Origin: Sedimentisphaerales bacterium
Lineage (GTDB): Bacteria > Planctomycetota > Phycisphaerae > Sedimentisphaerales > Anaerobacaceae
Assembly (NCBI GenBank): GCA_963708075.1
Contig: OY970194.1
Span: 6,240,001-6,304,000 of the forward strand
Length of the DNA: 64,000 nucleotides
Direction: 5' to 3'
Part shown: positions 57,933 to 64,000 of the stretch, one piece after another
Layout of the letters: each line of letters begins with the position of its first letter
How positions within the stretch are numbered: the first letter of the stretch is position 1
Translations under genes and position numbers: made by a program
Notes under the pieces: model-generated
Database searches by the model: none
What the model saw: only the letters and a program-made list of their open reading frames with translations
What the model was told of the DNA's origin: nothing

Positions 57933-59272
57933 TCAGAAGTTGCGTTCGACGAAGCCGGTATCGACCTTGCCTTTGACGAACAGGTTGTGTGAGAGGATGG
58001 CCAGGCAGGCGGGGATCGTGGTCTTGATCGGGCTGATGATGAACTCGCGGAGGGCCCGTCGCATGGTGGCGATGGCCTCCGGTCGCGTCTTCTGGTGGAC
58101 GATCAGCTTGGCGATCATGCGAATCGTAGTGTGGCGTGATGGTCCAGCCCTGGTGCACGTGGGTATCGACGCGGACGCCGGGCCGCCGGGGGCGATGTAC
58201 TGCGTGATCGTGCCGGGGCAGGGGGAGAAATTGTTCGCCGGGTCCTCCGCGTTGATGCGGCACTCGATCGCGACGCCCGATGCTTGATGTCCTTCTGACG
58301 CAGCTCCATCGGCTGGCCGCTGGCGATCCGGAGCTGCCATTTGATGAGGTCCTGCCCCGTGACCATCTCGGTGACCGGGTGCTCGACCTGGATGCGGGTG
58401 TTGACCTCGATGAAGTAGAACTTCTTGTCCTTGTCGAGGAGGAACTCGACGGTGGCGGCATTGACGTATTTGGCCTCTTTGATCAGCCGCAATGCGCACA
58501 TCCGCCAGCCCCTGGCGGTCTCGATCCTCGAGCACGGGACAGGGCGACTCCTCGATCATCTTCTGGTGACGCCTCTGGATGGAGCAGTCCCTCTCGTAGA
58601 AGTGAAGGACGTTGCCCTCGTGGTCGGCGATGACCTGGACCTCCACGTGCCGGGGCTCGACGATGAACTTTTCGAGATAGACGCTGCCGTTCTCCGAAGG
58701 CCGCCTCGGCCTCGGTGCGGGCCGCGTTGAAGGCGGCGCGAAGGCTGATGTCGTTGTGGACGACGCGCATGCCCCGCCCGCCGCCGCCGGCGACGGCCTT
58801 GATGATGATCGGGTAGCCGATCTGGTTGGCGAGTTTCATCGCCTCAGTCTCGTTGGCGGAGGCGCCATCCGAGCCCGGGACGATGGGGACCTTGGCCTTT
58901 TTCGCGAGCTTGCGGGCCTCGACCTTGTCGCCCAGCAGCCGCATGGCCTCGACCGGGGGGCCGATGAAGCCGATGCCGCAATCCCGGCAGATCTCGGCGA
59001 AGTTGATGTTCTCGGCGAGGAACCCGTAGCCGGGATGGATCGCATCGACGTTGGTGATCTCGGCGGCGCTGATGATCCGCGGGATGTTGAGATAGCTCTG
59101 GCTGCAGTCGGCCGGCCCGATGCAGATGGATTCATTGGCCAGCCGCAGATAGGGGGCGTTCTCGGTCGGCCTCCGAGTAGACCGCCACGGTCTCGATACC
59201 CAGCTCTTGGCAGGCCCGAATGATGCGAAGGGCGATTTCACCCCGGTTGGCGATGAGGATTCTCGATAGCAT
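57933..59272 (-). CDS. accC: Acetyl-CoA carboxylase biotin carboxylase, several frameshifts
   Basis: Fragments in different frames: [75 protein letters not shown]. Confidence 0.9.
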
Positions 59273-59340
59273 TCCGTGCGACTCTTCTATAAACCGGGCA
59301 TGTGTTAAGCTGGATGCACACTTCAGACTTGACATTGACT

Positions 59341-59823
59341 TCACTCAGGCCTGACCCTGAAGAGGAGCTGGCCGTACTCGACGGCCTGGCCGTTCTTCAC
59401 GAGTCCTTCCACGACCGTGCCGCTGATTTCCGCCTCGATCTCGTTCATCACCTTCATGGCTTCAATAATGCAGACGACCGTCTGCGGCTCCACGTGGGCG
59501 CCGCTCTCGACGTAGGGGTCGGAGTCCGGGCTTGGGGCCTCATAGAACGTGCCGACCATGGGGGATTTGATCTCCACCGTTGCCTCCGCCGCAGCCGTTT
59601 GGCCGGCGGGAATGGCCTGAACGCCCGGCGAGGTCCCCGGTGCCAGGGCCCCGGGAAAAGCCGTCAGGATGTGCCCCGTCGCCGCGATCGGCTGCGGGGG
59701 CTCGGCTCGTTGAAGCGAAATTCGGTCATCGCCGTGCTGAATATCGATCTTCACCAGATCATTTTCCTTCATGATCTGGATCAGTTCCTTGATCTTCTGC
59801 ACATCGGCGTCTTTTTCAGGCAT
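59341..59823 (-). CDS. accB: Biotin carboxyl carrier protein
   Basis: [17 protein letters not shown]. Confidence 0.96.
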   Translation of the reverse strand: MPEKDADVQKIKELIQIMKENDLVKIDIQHGDDRISLQRAEPPQPIAATGHILTAFPGALAPGTSPGVQAIPAGQTAAAEATVEIKSPMVGTFYEAPSPDSDPYVESGAHVEPQTVVCIIEAMKVMNEIEAEISGTVVEGLVKNGQAVEYGQLLFRVRPE

Positions 59824-60326
59824 TACCGCGTTCCTTCGGAAACCCGCGGGCTTCTTGTCGGGGCGAAAAACCTTTCACCCGTACATGGGAAGGTCCCTCC
59901 CCAGGCAGGGCGACCTCCCGACCGACCGCCAAGTATACCTGCCGCTACCCCCTTTGCAACACAATTCCCCGCCCCCTGGGCTCGTGTCAGCGCACGTTTT
60001 TGGGTACTGTGCCGGGTGGCAGATTATTCTCACGGACACATGCACCGTATGTCGCATAAACTCTTGCCACGCAAGGACTAAGGAGAATCGTGCGAGGACA
60101 ATGTTGGACTGTGACGGGCACTGGAGAAGGCAAACAGGGCGGATCAACGGTAGAATGCATGCCGTGGGACCGTGGAGATGCGACGGTTTGTCTATGTCGG
60201 AGACCTATCGATGGCCGGATCGTGAAACCGCGGATGTCGCTGTGCCGGCGGCGAACTGCCAATCTGTGGCTGGGCAGGCGCAGAAACGCGCCGCAGCACC
60301 TATGTGCCGCGGCGCGAATGGTTCGA

Positions 60327-62183
60327 CTATTTGCTCGTGACCTGCTGGTACACGTGCGTGGCCTCGGTGGCTTCCACCGGCAGCGTCAGCTCACCCGTGT
60401 ACATCGTCGCTTTGAACGAGACATCGCCTGCCCGTGCACCCTTGACGACCACACGCCAAGTGGCCTTGGCCTTGGGCTCGAGCGTGGATAGCGGCGAGAA
60501 GCTGATGGTCTTGCCCATGATGGACCCGGCCGTGGCGCCGGCGCAGGAGACATACTGCAGCCTCTCGTCGAGCACGCATGTGACGCGGATGTTGCGATCG
60601 GGCGCGGAACCCTCGTTCGACACGGTGACCACGTACGTGGTCGCAGTGCCCACTTCCACCGGGTCCTCGACATCGATCAGGTCCAGCCTCGCGGTGGCGA
60701 TTCCCGTGACGATGGTTCTGGTCGAATCGGACACGGTGTCAGCACAAGTGGCCGAGACTGTCGCCGTCGCGGGCAGCTCGCCCTCCTTGGTGGACACATA
60801 GGAGACGTGGACCTTCTTGGAGGTGTTGGGCTCGAGCGTGCCGAGCTCCCACATCAGCTTGGACGCGGAGAACTGTGCGCCGGCGGTCGCCTCGATGGAG
60901 GTCACGCCCGGCGGAATAATATCTTCCAGCATGGTGTCCCGCGCCGGCCCGTCGCCCTTGTTGAACACGGTGATCTCATACGAGATGGGTCGGTTCAGGT
61001 ACTGCCGCTGAGGGCCGGACTTGGCAATCGTGAGGATGGGCTGCCGCACGTTGATCATCGTTGGCTGCGATTCGGCTTTGATGCCCGTGGCGGAGGCGGC
61101 GGTGGCCTTGTTGTTATAGGCGCCGATCCTTGTCGCACGGAGCTTGACGGAGAACTGCCGCGACTCCCCGGCCATAAGGTTGCCCACGTCCAGCAGGACT
61201 CTGTCTTTGCCGTCGGCCGTCTGGATGCCGGCCGGCAGGACATCCGTAATCTGCACGCTCTGGGCCGATCCCGTCCCCGTGTTGGTGATGCGGAATTCGA
61301 GGGGGATGGGCTCACACAGCAGCGCTTCGGTGGGCACCGTCACCGCCAGCTCCAGCGTGGGCTGGACGACCTGGACCACGGCACAGTCGCGGATCGTGTG
61401 GGTGACCGTGGTGCAGTGCTCCAGCCGCTGGGTGTTCATGGCGACGCCGGTGACCTTGATGCTCCTGCTGCCCTTGGGCCCGATCGAATCGATGTCCCAC
61501 GTGAGCTTGTTGCCCTCCGTGGAGGTAGCGGTCGGCTCGGCGCCTTTGAACGTGAATTCCTCGGAGAGGGTCTCGGCGACGGTGATGTCGGTGATCATCA
61601 TATCGGTGAGGTTGGTCACCTTGATCATGTACGCGAACGGTTGGTTGAGGCGGACCTCCTGGGGCATCGTCTTGTCGATCTGGAGGATGCCATAGTCCGG
61701 CCGGGGATAAATCATCGAGAAGGCGTGTGCGCCTGTCTCATCCACGGCCACCAGGCCGGCTCCCAGACCTATGGGTCTGCCATACGGGGCGGCGGCCAAG
61801 ATCGGCTCAGGCGCCACCGGCTGAAACTCCTGGACGGAGGCAGTGACCAACTCCGTCTGGACGGCCGGCTTTGCAGCCGCTTGGGCTGTCCTGGCTGCGG
61901 GCTTTGCCTTCGGAGCGGCCTCGGCTGCAGGCTTGGCCTTCGGGGCTGTCTCGGTCCCCGCCGCCGCCTGCTGCTCTGCTATCTCTGCGGCTGGTTTGGG
62001 CTCTGGGGTCTGCGACGCGACAGGGGTCACGGGCCGGAGGTCCCTTTCCCAGAAATAGCTCCGGCTGGAGCCCGTCGTACTGCCCTTAGCGCTGGCCTTG
62101 CTCTTGACGCTGTCTGCACTTTTGCAGCCTGCCAGGAGCACGGCAAGGACAAGTAACAAAATGGTCCGCACCTTCTTCATCAC
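60327..62183 (-). CDS. OmcB-like DUF11-repeat lipoprotein
   Basis: LAGC lipobox; Ala/Lys/Pro-rich linker; repeated ITNTG..DVLPAG, ITVFNKGD..EDIIP, DVEDPVEVG..VTVSNEGS units. Confidence 0.8.
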   Translation of the reverse strand: MMKKVRTILLLVLAVLLAGCKSADSVKSKASAKGSTTGSSRSYFWERDLRPVTPVASQTPEPKPAAEIAEQQAAAGTETAPKAKPAAEAAPKAKPAARTAQAAAKPAVQTELVTASVQEFQPVAPEPILAAAPYGRPIGLGAGLVAVDETGAHAFSMIYPRPDYGILQIDKTMPQEVRLNQPFAYMIKVTNLTDMMITDITVAETLSEEFTFKGAEPTATSTEGNKLTWDIDSIGPKGSRSIKVTGVAMNTQRLEHCTTVTHTIRDCAVVQVVQPTLELAVTVPTEALLCEPIPLEFRITNTGTGSAQSVQITDVLPAGIQTADGKDRVLLDVGNLMAGESRQFSVKLRATRIGAYNNKATAASATGIKAESQPTMINVRQPILTIAKSGPQRQYLNRPISYEITVFNKGDGPARDTMLEDIIPPGVTSIEATAGAQFSASKLMWELGTLEPNTSKKVHVSYVSTKEGELPATATVSATCADTVSDSTRTIVTGIATARLDLIDVEDPVEVGTATTYVVTVSNEGSAPDRNIRVTCVLDERLQYVSCAGATAGSIMGKTISFSPLSTLEPKAKATWRVVVKGARAGDVSFKATMYTGELTLPVEATEATHVYQQVTSK

Positions 62184-62708
62184 ACCGCTCCTTTCACATC
62201 ATCAAGCCCACGTCCGACTACGAATTTGTCCAGCCCGGGTCCGTAGATAGTGAATCCCCGGGCCGCAAGGAAATGAGCTTTGCGAAATGCCGATTTATAG
62301 CCTTTGTGGCTGATGGCTTAACACCCCTTCCTCTGTCACTGCAGAGAGAGCCCCTGCTGGTTCCGGCAGCAGCGGCACAATACAAACACAAGCAGCCAGT
62401 ACACTGAAAGCGCTGCTTCTCCATCTAAAATATAGGATAGAATCCCATTGGCGCAAAGCCGGTACTCCCACCAATATTTACCCAATTATACCATCTTACC
62501 CATGATGAAGTCAAGGGTTATGTTCATGTAAAGTCAGCCGGCTTGGGCTTGGAGCCGCAGTAGTCCGATATCCTTTGCCGTGTCAGTGCTTCCCGACGGC
62601 TATTCCCTCGCGATTCCTCGTGCGGCACCCCCAAAAATGCTTGCACGGGCGGGGCGACGTCGCTATGTTGCCGTGCGGTGGGGGGCGGATAGGAGTCTGT
62701 GGGGTTTT

Positions 62709-63326
62709 ATGACTCAACGCACGTGCGAAAGCGGGTTGGAAGTAACGCTGGTGGCGATTACTCCCGATCCCGAGAGGGTGATCGAGCAGGCCGGCAGAAC
62801 CTGTTATCGGAGTTACGACCGGATCGGCGCCGATTCCCACCGCGATTTTATCAAGCGTCTCATCCGCATGGGCCATGAAACGCCGCTGGAGCACGCCTAC
62901 GCCACCTTTCGCATCAGGAACTGTTCCCGCGCGATGACACATCAGCTTGTCCGGCATCGGCTGATGGCCGTCTCACAGCAGTCGCAGCGGTACGTCGATG
63001 AAGAGAACTTCCAGTACGTCGTCCCGGAGGGCATGCCCGCTGAGTTCGTCGAGGACTTCCACCGGGACATGGAAACGATTCAGCAGATGTACCGGAAATG
63101 GCGGGATCGCGGCCTGAAGAAGGAGGACGCCCGCTTCGTGCTGCCCAATGCCTGTGTCAGCGAGATCATGGTTTCGGCGGACTTCCGCGAATGGCGCCAC
63201 ATCTTCAAGCTTCGCCTGTCCGCCAAGGCCCAGTGGGAGATCCGCAAGGCCTGCCGGATGATGCTCGCGATCCTCAAGGAGCACGCCGAAGCCTGTTTCT
63301 GCGATATCCTCTTGGACGGGCAGTAG
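62709..63326 (+). CDS. thyX: FAD-dependent thymidylate synthase
   Basis: GHETPLEH, SRAMTHQLVRHR..SQQSQRY, EDARFVLP, AQWEIR. Confidence 0.95.
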   Translation: MTQRTCESGLEVTLVAITPDPERVIEQAGRTCYRSYDRIGADSHRDFIKRLIRMGHETPLEHAYATFRIRNCSRAMTHQLVRHRLMAVSQQSQRYVDEENFQYVVPEGMPAEFVEDFHRDMETIQQMYRKWRDRGLKKEDARFVLPNACVSEIMVSADFREWRHIFKLRLSAKAQWEIRKACRMMLAILKEHAEACFCDILLDGQ

Positions 63327-63351
63327 TTCAACTACACGCCGCGACAGATGT

Positions 63352-63430
63352 GGGTGCCATGTCTACGCTTGCGCAGACATGTTCGATTCGATGGGCAAGG
63401 CATGCTTACGCGAGCGTAAGCATGGCACCC
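63352..63430. repeat. GGGTGCCATG..CATGGCACCC palindrome doublet
   Basis: Family copies at 78-159 and 24501-24579. Confidence 0.9.
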
Positions 63431-63614
63431 GGCGTGACGGGCAAACTTACTCCCTGGGCAACAGATGCAGATATGTCATCCTGAACGAAGCGAAGCGCGG
63501 TGAAGGATCTGGGCCGCGCACGGAAGGAATCTCTTGTCCGGCCGGATTCCTCGCCTTCGGCCTGAGGCGATAGAGAGTGCACGGGAGTTGATCCACATCC
63601 GGGTTGCTGCTGTT

Positions 63615-64000
63615 TCAGCGGATTTCGAGGCCTACGAGTGTCAAGTCGTCTACCTCGGCGGGGCTGATTTGGCGGTTCTTCGCCAGTTCGGTGAGTCTTT
63701 CGATAATCCCTGTGATCGAGGCATCTTTGATGGCCAACAGTTCATCGGTGAATCGGAAGTCCCCGCTTGTCGTGGTTTGCCCGATCAAGGATTCGGCGCC
63801 GTCGGAGTAGAGCAGGAGGCGGTCGCCGGCGTTGAGCTGGACCGTCTGCTGGATGAAGTCGGCGTTGTCGAAGATGCCCAGCAGGGCCCCGCGGGTCTGG
63901 AGTTGCTGCGGGTTCTGGCCGGGGCGAAAGAGGATGGGGTAGGGATGGCCTGCCCGGGCAAACGTCAGTTGGCGCGTCCGGATGTTGAGCAGGCCGTAGC
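63615..64000 (-). CDS. SpoIIE/PP2C-family phosphatase, 3' part (5' end outside the window)
   Basis: FARAGHPYP..GDRLLLYSDG..DDLTLV. Confidence 0.88.
   Translation of the reverse strand, partial: YGLLNIRTRQLTFARAGHPYPILFRPGQNPQQLQTRGALLGIFDNADFIQQTVQLNAGDRLLLYSDGAESLIGQTTTSGDFRFTDELLAIKDASITGIIERLTELAKNRQISPAEVDDLTLVGLEIR

Overview
GC-rich bacterial chromosomal segment. Gene content (three ECF sigma/anti-sigma pairs, a prepilin H-X9-DG-type protein, an OmcB-like DUF11 protein, FGE-sulfatase and PQQ-propeller proteins) suggests an anaerobic planctomycete, probably Phycisphaerae; this is inference. Recognisable genes are tdh-kbl, rnhA, hypFCDEAB, nadD, lysA, accB/accC, thyX, tRNA-Ala(GGC), an AlgI/AlgJ-type O-acetylation operon, a glutathionylspermidine-synthase-like ATP-grasp operon and two MNT-HEPN toxin-antitoxin pairs. 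Three structures are the most unusual. (1) The 3' end of kbl occurs three times, and the copies differ mostly at synonymous sites. They separate self-contained cargo islets like a cassette array, yet no integrase is visible. (2) REP-like palindromes and TIR/TSD-bounded MITEs are dense, nest inside one another (filled and empty versions of one site are both present), and sit in frame inside several proteins. (3) An unannotated 31-aa Lys/Ala-rich histone-H1-like ORF is present. Several genes, including essential accC, carry frameshifts that most likely reflect assembly errors. All coordinates and alignments were read by eye.
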